In this document: piece by piece, positions 48,250 to 57,900 of the stretch
How the letters are laid out: each line of letters opens with the position of its first letter
Numbering within the stretch: position 1 is the stretch's first letter
DNA from: Deltaproteobacteria bacterium
GTDB taxonomy: Bacteria > Myxococcota > Kuafuiibacteriia > Kuafuiibacteriales > Kuafuiibacteriaceae
DNA: 64,000 nucleotides
Assembly: GCA_040218735.1 (NCBI GenBank)
Contig: JAVJQW010000046.1
Span: 1 to 64,000 of the forward strand
Reading direction: 5' to 3'
Made by a program: the position numbers and the translations under genes
Notes under the pieces: generated by a model
What the model was told of the DNA's origin: nothing
The model's database searches: none
Seen by the model: the letters and a program-made list of their open reading frames with translations, nothing else

Positions 48250-51200
48250 TCAGTCGTCTCCGTGGCGGCGCGCGAAGTACGGGCCGAAGCGGCGGTCGAT
48301 GATGTCGACCGCTTCGTCGAGATCGAGCGTGCGGACCTGCGCGTCGCGCAGGACGCCAAAGCGCGCGGCGGGGGCCTCGGCGAGGATGCGCTCCATCTCC
48401 CGTTTGCGTTTGCGCTCGCGGGCCTTCTGCAGGCGCACCACCGTCTCGAAGGGGAGGGCGTAGGCGTGCGGCGCCGAGACGAGGTCGGCGACGAGGCGGG
48501 TGAGGTAGTCCTTCGCCTCCGCCGAGGAGAACGCGTCGAAGCGTGCCTTCTTCGGGTCGCCCTCGGAGAACGCGACGTGCACGGTGTGGGCGTCGTCGAT
48601 GCGCCGGGCCGCGGTGAGCACGACCTGGTCGACGAAGCCGCGCAGCTCGAGCGTGCGGTCGGACTTGCGCCCGGGGCGGCCGACGAAGACGAGCGAGGTC
48701 GACGGTTCGTCGAGGAGCGGCTGGGTGGTGCCGTGCAGCTCGACCACGTGGTCGCCGATCCCGACCGGGAAGGGGGGCTCCGCGTTGCGCACGACTTCGT
48801 TCTCGCGTCCGCGGCCGAAGCGGATCGGATCGATCGCGCGAAGCTCGCCGCGCGACACCCGGCGCAGCTCGCGCTTCCAGGTCTCGAGCGCTTCGAGGTG
48901 TCGTTGCCGTTCGGCGGTGCCGAAGACGCCGGTGGGCAGGACGCCGGAGAGCTCCAGGTAGTCCGCGCGTTGGTGGTACAGCGCGGCGAGGTCGGTGCCG
49001 GGGGCGCGCGCATGTTCGTAGAGGACGGTGCGGAGCGCGCTGTCGCGGATCTGCGCGGGGGTGCCGAAGCGTTCGTCCTCGCGCGCGAAGGGGTCCTCGC
49101 GGTCGTCGTCGTCCATGCCGAGCACGACGCTCGCCCACCCTTGGAGCGGCGACTCCAGGAACAGGCGGAGCAGGTAGAGCGAGATCGAACGGAGGCGTTC
49201 GTCGTCGGCACGCGCGGGCGGAAGCTCGGCGAGGCGCAGGCGCGACGCGACTCTGCGCCGCACGGGTTCGGCGAGTTTCTTCGTGAGCAGATCCAGATCC
49301 GGGAGCTCGTCGCCGTCGAGGTGATCGAGGAGCGCGGAGCGGAGCCGACGGGACCCGGCTTCGCGCACCGCCGCGCGCGACGCAAACGGACGGTCCTGCT
49401 CGACACCCGTCCAGCGGCGCAGCGGGTGGTTCACGATCATCGCTTCGATGCCTCGGCCCACGTAGCTTCGTTCGAGGAGGTGCATCAGCTCGGCGACGGT
49501 GGGCGCCGGTTCGCGTTTGTCGCCGGTGCCCTGCTCGGTCGCGACGTAGGACAGGTGCACCGCCTCCGTCGTACCGAGGAGCCGGAGCAGGAACGCGTAC
49601 TGATCGCGCTCGCGCGGCGTGACCTGACCGGCGCGACGCTGGTCGGCGAACAGGTCGAGCGCAGCGGGGCGCTCCGGCGCGGGGAAGCGCCCCTCCTGAA
49701 GGCCGGGCATGAACACCACCCGGAACGGCAGCGCGTACGCGAGTGACAGCGGCGCGATGACGACGCCGTTCGCGAGCGGCCGACCGTAGTTCGTGGTCAT
49801 GTTCTCCAGGCGTGATTCGAGGAGGCCGGTCGCCGCGGCGAAGGTGACGGCGAGGCCTTCGACGTCGAGCCGTCCGAGCTCGTGGATCGCTTCGAGCGCG
49901 CGGACGAGGTCGCGCTCTTCGGCGTCGGAGGTCGCGACGAGGTACGTGGTGACGAGCGCGTGCAGGAACTCGGACCACTCACAGAGCGTGAGGCGTTCGC
50001 TCTGCGCGAAGCGGGCGTCGGCGATCAGCGAACGCACGAGCACCCCGAAGCGCGCCGCGGAGCTGGAGCGCGACGGCGAGACCTCGTAGGGGAGGTATTG
50101 GTCGCCCGCGATCTCGAACGCCCGCTCCTCGCCGCTCTTCTCCGCGGCCATGAACGTGCCGAGCACGAGGCGTTTGAGGCCTTGGTCCCAGTTGTAGAGA
50201 TCGCGTTCGATGTACGTGCCGGCGTGGTCGGACTTGTCGGCGCCGTGCACGACGAGGAGCGCTTCGCACCAGTCGGTCCACTCGTCGGCGTTGGTCTCGT
50301 CGTAGCGCGCGAGGACGGTGGGGTGGGTGACGAGGCGCAAGAGATCTTGTCGCGTGTAGCGCGAGTAAGGGAGCGCGCAGAGGAGGTGGATCGCTTCGAT
50401 GATGCGGCTCGACGCGGCGATCGGTACGTCCATCACGTGGTGCGGGATGTCGCCGTGCTCCTGGAACACCGCCATGAGGTGCGCGCGGTAGATCTCGCGA
50501 TCGCGGCTGGCGAGGACGACGCCGATCTCGTTGAAGCGCAGCGGATGGTCGGTGTTCTTCGACGCGGCGACGAGTGACCAGATCTGCTCGGCGATGACTT
50601 CCACTTCGCGCCGCACGCCGGGGCACGCGTGAAGGCGCAGGCTCGCGTCCGGTTCCAAGGCGTCCTCGCCGACGACGCGCTCCGGGCGGCGGTCGAGGAC
50701 GTCGCGTTGGACGTGGTGGAGGATCGTGTCCGGCTCGATCGATTCGAAGCGCGCGACGAACGTCGACCCCGAGAGATGGTCGAGGAGTCGCACGCTCTCG
50801 CGGCCCGGGCGGCCCCACAGACGGAGCGCGGGGGTGTCGGTGTCGACGAGGAGGCCGAAGGGATCGTCTTCGGGTGCTTCGGGCTCGGTGCCGGTGAGGC
50901 GGCGCTCCATCGCGTCGACGCCGAACCGCGCGACGTCCTCCCAGTATTCGCGACACGGGTTGAGCGCGTAGAGGTAGACGTCGCGGACCTGGGCGATGCG
51001 ATCGACGATCGACAGCAGCACCGGGGACGCGACCGACAGATCGAAGAGGTGGATCGCGGGCGGGAGGTCGAGCTTCGTGACGTCGGCGAACGCGGAGGCG
51101 AGGGTGTCGTGCTCCGGGAGCGCGAGGTACAGCGCGCGTTGCCAGCGCTCGGTCGTGGTCTCGCCGGCGCGTCCTTGCCGCCAGTGTTCGAGGCGGTCGG

Positions 51201-51621
51201 GACGTTCGAGGGCGTAGGTGTCGAAGAGGCGTCCGAGGCGGGTGGCGAGGCCGAGGCGGCGCCGGTCGCGGTCGACGTCGTCGGGCCCGGCGGCGGCGAG
51301 GTAGCGCCGCACGGGGGCGAGGTCTTCGGTGTTCAGGAACGCGTCGTCGTAGAGGCGCTCGAGGACCAGCGTGGCGAGTTGGTCCTGGTTGGGGATCTTC
51401 GTGTCGGCGAGCTCTTCGAGGAGCCCGCGCAGGAAGCTGAAGGCGAGGTTGGCGGCGATGCCGTTCTTCTTGGCGATCGCGAGGACGAGGAAGTGTTTGG
51501 CGGCCTGGTTCGGGACGACGACCGGCAGCGCGTCGAGCGGGCTGTCGCTGCGCGCCGCGATGTTCTCGGCGAGCGCGTCGGCGAGCTGCTCGATCCGGTT
51601 GGCGTAGTAGAGGTGGATCAT
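48250..51621 (-). CDS. recC: Exodeoxyribonuclease V gamma subunit
   Basis: MIHLYYANRIEQL, VVVPN, NPCREYWED, HACPGVRREVE; lies directly upstream of recB. Confidence 0.92.
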   Translation of the reverse strand: MIHLYYANRIEQLADALAENIAARSDSPLDALPVVVPNQAAKHFLVLAIAKKNGIAANLAFSFLRGLLEELADTKIPNQDQLATLVLERLYDDAFLNTEDLAPVRRYLAAAGPDDVDRDRRRLGLATRLGRLFDTYALERPDRLEHWRQGRAGETTTERWQRALYLALPEHDTLASAFADVTKLDLPPAIHLFDLSVASPVLLSIVDRIAQVRDVYLYALNPCREYWEDVARFGVDAMERRLTGTEPEAPEDDPFGLLVDTDTPALRLWGRPGRESVRLLDHLSGSTFVARFESIEPDTILHHVQRDVLDRRPERVVGEDALEPDASLRLHACPGVRREVEVIAEQIWSLVAASKNTDHPLRFNEIGVVLASRDREIYRAHLMAVFQEHGDIPHHVMDVPIAASSRIIEAIHLLCALPYSRYTRQDLLRLVTHPTVLARYDETNADEWTDWCEALLVVHGADKSDHAGTYIERDLYNWDQGLKRLVLGTFMAAEKSGEERAFEIAGDQYLPYEVSPSRSSSAARFGVLVRSLIADARFAQSERLTLCEWSEFLHALVTTYLVATSDAEERDLVRALEAIHELGRLDVEGLAVTFAAATGLLESRLENMTTNYGRPLANGVVIAPLSLAYALPFRVVFMPGLQEGRFPAPERPAALDLFADQRRAGQVTPRERDQYAFLLRLLGTTEAVHLSYVATEQGTGDKREPAPTVAELMHLLERSYVGRGIEAMIVNHPLRRWTGVEQDRPFASRAAVREAGSRRLRSALLDHLDGDELPDLDLLTKKLAEPVRRRVASRLRLAELPPARADDERLRSISLYLLRLFLESPLQGWASVVLGMDDDDREDPFAREDERFGTPAQIRDSALRTVLYEHARAPGTDLAALYHQRADYLELSGVLPTGVFGTAERQRHLEALETWKRELRRVSRGELRAIDPIRFGRGRENEVVRNAEPPFPVGIGDHVVELHGTTQPLLDEPSTSLVFVGRPGRKSDRTLELRGFVDQVVLTAARRIDDAHTVHVAFSEGDPKKARFDAFSSAEAKDYLTRLVADLVSAPHAYALPFETVVRLQKARERKRKREMERILAEAPAARFGVLRDAQVRTLDLDEAVDIIDRRFGPYFARRHGDD

Positions 51622-51690
51622 TGGTGATCGCCGATGGGTGGAGGGCCTACGTATCCCGCCCGGGTACGCGTTTGGTATGGTAGCGGGGTT

Positions 51691-53157
51691 TTGTCCACAC
51701 CGCGTCCAGGGGAGCGTCGCGTCTGCCCCATCTGCGACGCGACCACGTCTGCGCCGGTGTGTGAGCTCGACCGGACCGCGACGCTGCTGTTGGACCTGCC
51801 GCCCGAGGAGGCGCCGGCGCCTGCACCGGGGATGGTGATCGCGGGGCGCTACGAGATCGAGCGTCGGATAGGCGCCGGTGGTTATGGGCAGGTGTTCGCG
51901 GCGCGGCACCGCGGGACGGGGCAGAACGTCGCGCTGAAGATCCTCCGTCCGCTGATGGACGGCGACCACGTCTTCGCGACGAAGCGTTTCTTCCTGGAGG
52001 CGCGGGTGACGTCGGGGCTGACGCACCCGAACACCGTGCGGGTCTTCGACTTCGGGCAGGAGGACAACGGGCTGTTGTTCATCGCGATGGAGCTGCTGAA
52101 CGGGCGCACATTGCGGTCCGAGCAGAAGGCTCGGCGCGGGGTGTTCTCGGAGGTCGAGGCGATCGAGATCGCGACGCAGGTGACGCGGAGCCTCTCGGAG
52201 GCGCACGACGCCGGGCTGGTCCACCGCGACCTGAAGCCGGACAACATCTTCCTGCACCGCGCGGCGGTCGACGACGTCGTGGTGAAGGTGCTCGACTTCG
52301 GGATCGCGAAGCTCGGCGGCGGACACGCGACGCTTTCGAGCGACACGAGTGTCCCCGGGACGCCGGCGTACATGGCGCCGGAGCACGCGTTGAATCGACC
52401 GGTGGACGCGCGCACGGATCTGTACAGCCTGGGCGTGGTGCTGTGGCAGCTCGTGACGGGGGAGCTGCCGTTCGCGGGGGCCTCGGATCCGCAGACGCTG
52501 TACATGCACGCGTACGAGCCGCTGCCGAGTCTCGAGGCGAAGGCGCGCACGGCGTTGTCGCCGGCGTTCGAAGCGGTGATCGTGCGAGCCCTCGAAAAGG
52601 ACCCCGCGCAGCGGTTCGCGAGCGCGCGGTCGATGCGCGACGCGTTGGCGGCGTGTGTGGGCGCTTCACCGTCGGTGGTGTCGGCGTCCGAGGGCGCCGG
52701 TGAGATGCACGTGAGCCACATGTCGACGCCGGTGGCGGGGACGGGGTTCGTGCCGCCGGTGCGCGCGACACCGAAGTGGCCGCTGGCGGTCGGGGCGCTG
52801 TTGTTGGTCGGGTCGGCGGTCGCCGCGTACTGGGTGCAGCGCGGGCCGGGGCCGGGTGTGGAACGCGCGCGGTCCGTGGAACCGGCGCGCGCGGTGGTGC
52901 CGGCGACGGTCGACGTGGCGCCGGACACACCCGCCGAGCCGGCGGAGCCCGCAGTAGAGTCGGTGTCGCGGGACGGTGGTGCGCCGCCCGCCGTGGATCC
53001 TGCGCCGCCGCCCGAGGACGTGGCGCCGAAGAAGACGAAGCGTCGCCGCGTGCGCCGTCGGCGCGCACCGAAGACGGCACGGCCCGAGACGCCGAAGAAG
53101 CCCGACCCGCGCCTCGAGATGCGGCTCGAGGATCTGATCGAGGAGAAGTCGCCATGA
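51691..53157 (+). CDS. Membrane Ser/Thr kinase with an N-terminal Zn-ribbon
   Basis: CPIC..CELD; GAGGYGQV, VALK, HRDLKPDN, DFG, GTPAYMAPE; TM WPLAVGALLLVG. Start uncertain. Confidence 0.9.
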   Translation: MSTPRPGERRVCPICDATTSAPVCELDRTATLLLDLPPEEAPAPAPGMVIAGRYEIERRIGAGGYGQVFAARHRGTGQNVALKILRPLMDGDHVFATKRFFLEARVTSGLTHPNTVRVFDFGQEDNGLLFIAMELLNGRTLRSEQKARRGVFSEVEAIEIATQVTRSLSEAHDAGLVHRDLKPDNIFLHRAAVDDVVVKVLDFGIAKLGGGHATLSSDTSVPGTPAYMAPEHALNRPVDARTDLYSLGVVLWQLVTGELPFAGASDPQTLYMHAYEPLPSLEAKARTALSPAFEAVIVRALEKDPAQRFASARSMRDALAACVGASPSVVSASEGAGEMHVSHMSTPVAGTGFVPPVRATPKWPLAVGALLLVGSAVAAYWVQRGPGPGVERARSVEPARAVVPATVDVAPDTPAEPAEPAVESVSRDGGAPPAVDPAPPPEDVAPKKTKRRRVRRRRAPKTARPETPKKPDPRLEMRLEDLIEEKSP

Positions 53158-53993
53158 TCGCCTTGCTCGCGTTACTCGCCGTCGCCCAGCCGGGTGATGC
53201 GAAGAAGTACGATCCGATCGCGGCGATGGAGCGCGCGGTCGAGGCCTACCAAGCCGGGCGCTTCCGCGATGCGGGCGACCAGTTCGTCGATATCTTCGAG
53301 AACACCAAGGTCGCGGCGCAGCTCCGCAACGCCGCGAAGGCGTACCAGGACGGCGACCTCTTCGATGCCGCGATCCTCACCTGGCGCCGCTACCGCGCGC
53401 TCGACGGCCTGAAGGCGAGTGAGATCGCCGAGGCCGACGCGCGCATCCGCTACATGGAAGAACGCCGCGCCGCCGCCGCCGCGCGCGCGGAAGCGGAGGA
53501 AGCGAAGGCCCGCGCCGACGCCGCGGAGCTCGAGAAGCAGGAAGCCAAGGCCCGCGCTGACGCCGCGGAGCGCGAGAAGCAGGAAGCGGAAGCCGCGCGT
53601 TTGGCCGCCGAGCAGCGCGCGAAGTTGGCGCCGCCCCCTCCGCCGCCGATCGAGATCGTCACCGCGCCGCCGCCCCCTGCGCGTCCCTACGGCGCGTACG
53701 TCACGACCGGCGTCGGCGCCGTCGCGCTGGTCGTCGCGGGCGCGCTCTACCTGCACGCCGACGCACGCCTCGGAACACTCGACGATCAGCTCTCCACGCG
53801 AAACGCGTCGGGTCGGATCGTGGGCATCGACCGCCAGGACGCCCAGGCGGAGCTCGACGGCATCAACACCGAGCGCAACATCTCGGCCGCCGCCGCGGGC
53901 GTCGGCGCCGTGGCGCTCGCGGTGGGCGTGGTGTGGTGGGTGCTCGCGGACGAGGCCCCGGAGCCGGGGCAGACGGTGGCGCTGCGGTTCTGA
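53154..53993 (+). CDS. Exported TPR-like protein with a coiled coil and C-terminal hydrophobic helices
   Basis: ATGA overlap with the kinase; signal peptide; AYQAGRFRDA...NAAKAYQ; 14-aa tandem repeat. Confidence 0.8.
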   Translation: MIALLALLAVAQPGDAKKYDPIAAMERAVEAYQAGRFRDAGDQFVDIFENTKVAAQLRNAAKAYQDGDLFDAAILTWRRYRALDGLKASEIAEADARIRYMEERRAAAAARAEAEEAKARADAAELEKQEAKARADAAEREKQEAEAARLAAEQRAKLAPPPPPPIEIVTAPPPPARPYGAYVTTGVGAVALVVAGALYLHADARLGTLDDQLSTRNASGRIVGIDRQDAQAELDGINTERNISAAAAGVGAVALAVGVVWWVLADEAPEPGQTVALRF

Positions 53994-54009
53994 CGGCGTT
54001 TTCGATCGC

Positions 54010-54849
54010 TTAGACAGCACCGCGACGGAGCCACGGCGTGGCGGCGTCGAGCTCAAGGAGCGCGCGGAGCGTGGCCTCGGGGTCGTCGCTCGCGATGGCT
54101 TCGAGCGCCTCGTCGCGTTCCTCCGGCGGGAGCGCGAGGAGCTTCGTCGTCGCCGCCGCGATCGCCCGCACCGCTTCGGCGTCGACGTACCGATCCACGA
54201 AACACAGCGGCTCGGCGAGGGGCGGGGCGAGCGCGGCGTGCTCCGACGCGACGTAGAAGCGGTTGCACCCGTCGAACGCGGTCGGGATGTAGTCGGCGCC
54301 CGTGAGGATCGGCTCCCACGCGTCGTGGGATCGCGTGCGAGACAGAGGCCTCGTCGCCTCGACCACCACGATCCGCGGTCGCCACCGCCGAAAGTCCGCG
54401 CCCGCGAGGACACGCGCCTCGGCGCCTTCGACGTCGATGACCATCAGATCGATCGCGCGACCTTCGAGGTGTGTTTCGCAGAGCCCGGCGAGCGTGAACA
54501 GCGGGACGTCGTGGGTTTCGTGGGCGAGCCCGAGCTCGTGCTGCGCGGCGATCGTCGCGTCGAGCGTCGAGAGCCCCGGCGCGTGGGGGAAGAAGTGCAG
54601 CGTCCCGCGACCCGCCGCGTCCCACGCCGCCCCGTGCACGTTGATGTCCTCGGAGCGCTCCGCCTCGAGCCGCGCGAACATCGCCGGCGACGGCTCGACG
54701 TTCACCCCGCGCCACCCGCGGTCGTAGAAGTGTTTGGTGACGGAACCCTCGGAAGGGTGATTCGCGCCGACGTCCACGTACGTCCCGCTCGCGGAGGTGA
54801 GCACGCGCGCGAGCCGGACGTCCTCGTGGTTGGCGGCGTAGCTCAGCAT
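54010..54849 (-). CDS. FkbM-family methyltransferase
   Basis: SYAANHED, YVDVGANHP, GWRGVNVEP, IDVEGAE, RPRIVVVEA. Confidence 0.9.
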   Translation of the reverse strand: MLSYAANHEDVRLARVLTSASGTYVDVGANHPSEGSVTKHFYDRGWRGVNVEPSPAMFARLEAERSEDINVHGAAWDAAGRGTLHFFPHAPGLSTLDATIAAQHELGLAHETHDVPLFTLAGLCETHLEGRAIDLMVIDVEGAEARVLAGADFRRWRPRIVVVEATRPLSRTRSHDAWEPILTGADYIPTAFDGCNRFYVASEHAALAPPLAEPLCFVDRYVDAEAVRAIAAATTKLLALPPEERDEALEAIASDDPEATLRALLELDAATPWLRRGAV

Positions 54850-54955
54850 CGGGGCGACGCTACACGGAGGCGAGCAGGGCATCCACGCAGCGCAGGCTTT
54901 CACTTTCTTCGTATTTGCTGCGGATTCCGCATGCGGACGTCGCGTGCCTTCCTGA

Positions 54956-57900
54956 ATGCGACTCCGTTTGCTCCTTATCCCTACACTTATCCTCGCCGCC
55001 TGTAGCGGCTCCGAAAGCGCGGACGACCCCACGGATCCGACGCCTGACGCCGGCTTCACGCCCGAAGACGCCGGTACCACCCCGCGCGACGCCGGCACGG
55101 CCCCCCACGACGCCGGCACCACGGCCTCGCTCTGGGCGTGCTCACCCGACGCCGAGCGCATCGCCGCGCGCGAAGCCTGCGTGCGGGACGCCGACTGCCC
55201 CTGCGGCACGGCGTGCACCCTCGGGGTTTGCCAGGCCGCCTGCGCGACCGACGACGACTGCACCGACGCCGTCTGCGGTCGCTTCGGTACCTGCGTCGCG
55301 GAGATCTCCCGAGACGCGCCGCGCGCGATCGACCGCGTCGCCGATGGCGTACTCCACGCTACGCCCGAGTACCTGGTCGCCTCCGACACCCTGGGCGTGC
55401 GTCCGATCGTCGTCACCGCCCAGACCCGCGCGCTCGACACGGTTCGCGTCGCCGCGAGCGACGGCGTCGAGGTGAAGTGCCCCGGCGGGGCGTTCGCCGC
55501 GGAGTGCCTCGTCGAAGGTGTCACCGTGGATGAGCGCGTCGAGGTCGAAGTGCAGCTCACCGCGCCGCTCGCCGACGCCGAGATCCGTCGCGTGCAGATC
55601 TTCGCCGCGAATCAGCGCGCCGAAGTCGGCGTCACCAGCGATGCCGCCGTGCGCTCCGCGATCGCGCTCGACGACGACGCCCCGCTCGCCGGCATCTACA
55701 CCGGTCACGCACGACGTCTCGGGTTGGCGCCACTCACGCTCCCGATCAGCGCGCGCCTGTACGACGACGGCACAAACGTCGTCTTCGAAGCCGAGGATCC
55801 GTGGCGCATCTTCCACCCCTCCGGTCGTCTCATCGGCACCGCGACCACCGGCGCCGCCGCCGATCTCGTGACCAGCGCGATGCGCTTCCCGGCCACGCTC
55901 CACGACGACGGCGACTTCGTCCCCGCCGCGACCGGCGCGCTCGTGATCGACGAGACCCGCACGATGGAGTTCTTCTACGACGTCGGCGGCGCGGCCGACG
56001 TGCGCTGGCACTTCGCCCTCGAACGCGCCGGCGAGCTCCCCGGGGGCACGGCGCCCGTCGTTCCGGAAGACGACCCCACGCCGGACATCGACAGCTACGT
56101 CGATGCGCTCGGTGACAACTGGCAGACCAACTCCATCGCACGCCGCTACGCGTTCGCCGAGTACCTCGTCAGCCCGGAGTCGCGCCTCGAGCTGTGCGGG
56201 CCCGAGCTCTTCAGCACGATCACCATCGAGGCGACCAACGTCCTCTTCACCGGGAGCGCGGAAGGCGACGGCGGCTCGGTCGGCAGCAGCGGCAACCCGC
56301 TCGTCGACATGTTCACCGGCGCGAGCCGCGTGAACCGCACCGAGCTCCGCTACGAAAGCGGCGCCTGGGGCAACGGCAACGACACGGGCAACGCGATTCC
56401 GTGCGCGATCGAGTTCGAACGGTTCCAAACCACGCAGAGCGGGCACCAGATCGTCTTCGACCCGGGCACCGTCGATCACTGCGCCACGCTCGCCGAGGAC
56501 ACCGGCTGCACCGTCTACGCGACACCGAGCCCGCGCTCGATCGAGATCATCTACTCCGGGGTCCAAGCGCCGAGCGGCTTCGCGTACCCCTACGTTCGCG
56601 ACGCGGCGATCGTAGGCGTGTGCCGCATGGACGGCGCGCTCGCGAAGCGCTGCGGCGAAGCCGTGTCGTGCTTCGAACGCAGCGGGAGCGACACGCTCTC
56701 CTCGCACCTCACCGCCGGGGCGCTCGTCCCCGCGACGGGTGATCTCACCTGCACGGCCGGGGGCGAGACGCTCGCGTTCGACGCGGACCTCACGCTCGAC
56801 GACGCCGGCACGTTGTTCGCGACGTGCCTCGAAGAGCTCACGGATGCACCGGACGCACCGCCCGCGAACGGTGACATCGCCGGCTCGCTCACGAGCTGGT
56901 TCCCGAACCGGTCTTGCGTCGAGAAGACCCGCGAGCTCACCGCGATCGAAGCCTTCGCGCAGTCGGCCGAAGGGCGCCCCGGCGCCCACCGCCTCCTGCA
57001 GCGCTGGCTCGGCCTCCATGCGTTCCTCGCGCGCGAAGGCGCGCAGCGGGTGCACCTGCCCTCCGCGGTCGTACAGACGAGCCCGAGCGATCTCGACGCG
57101 CGCGAGATCCTCGAGCTCAGCGTCGACGCCTGGGAGCCCGTGCTCGGGTCGATGGCCCTCGTGCTCGCCGACGACGACGTCCTCGCGATGCCCGACTACC
57201 GCCCCTGGTTCGACGACACCGCGCCGGCCGCGACGGGTACCGAAGAGCTCGCGCAGGGCCTCCCCGTCCTCGTGCTCGACACGATCGTCGCGCAGGTCGA
57301 GCTCGCAGAAGCGTACCTGGAGCTGTCGCAGACGGACCTTACGGGCGCAGGGCTGCGTCGCATGGGGCGTGTGCTGCGGTACGCGAGTGAAGCCGAGTCG
57401 ATGGCGGAGGCCGCGTACGCTCGGATGCCCAACGCGACGTGGTCCGCGGACTACCTCGCGCGGCGTGACAGCCTGCGTGCGGCGATCGGTCGGGTGTCGG
57501 CGAAGCTCACCGCGCTCGGCACCGGCGACAACCTCCTCGGCGTCGCGGAGGACGATCTGCCGTTGTACTTCTTCGGCGACGAGATGACGGCGAGCCAGCG
57601 CTTCACCGCGATCTCCGACTTCCTCCTCGGCGACTCGTTCAACAGCCTCACGGCGTGGGCGCCGCAGGTCGTCGCGCAGGCCGATACCGATCTCGAAGAC
57701 GCGCGTACCGCGTTCATCGCGCAGTCGGACCGAGAGCTGCAGCGTACCCGGGATACGCGAGACCAGGAGATCCTGATCCAAAATCTGAAGCAGCAGTACG
57801 GCGACGATCTCTTCAACCTCTGCGGCGCTCCGAGCACGCTCCTCGGCGCGCAGCTCCTCGAAGAGTGGGAGACGGGGCAGGGCCGCCCGTTCTCGCCGGA

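Noticed and set aside
48248-52509. Apparent long N-terminal extensions of RecB (to 49406) and RecC (to 52509), and of the ORFs at 41452 and 37989
   Set aside because: The extensions overlap other real genes and are low-complexity; starts were reassigned.
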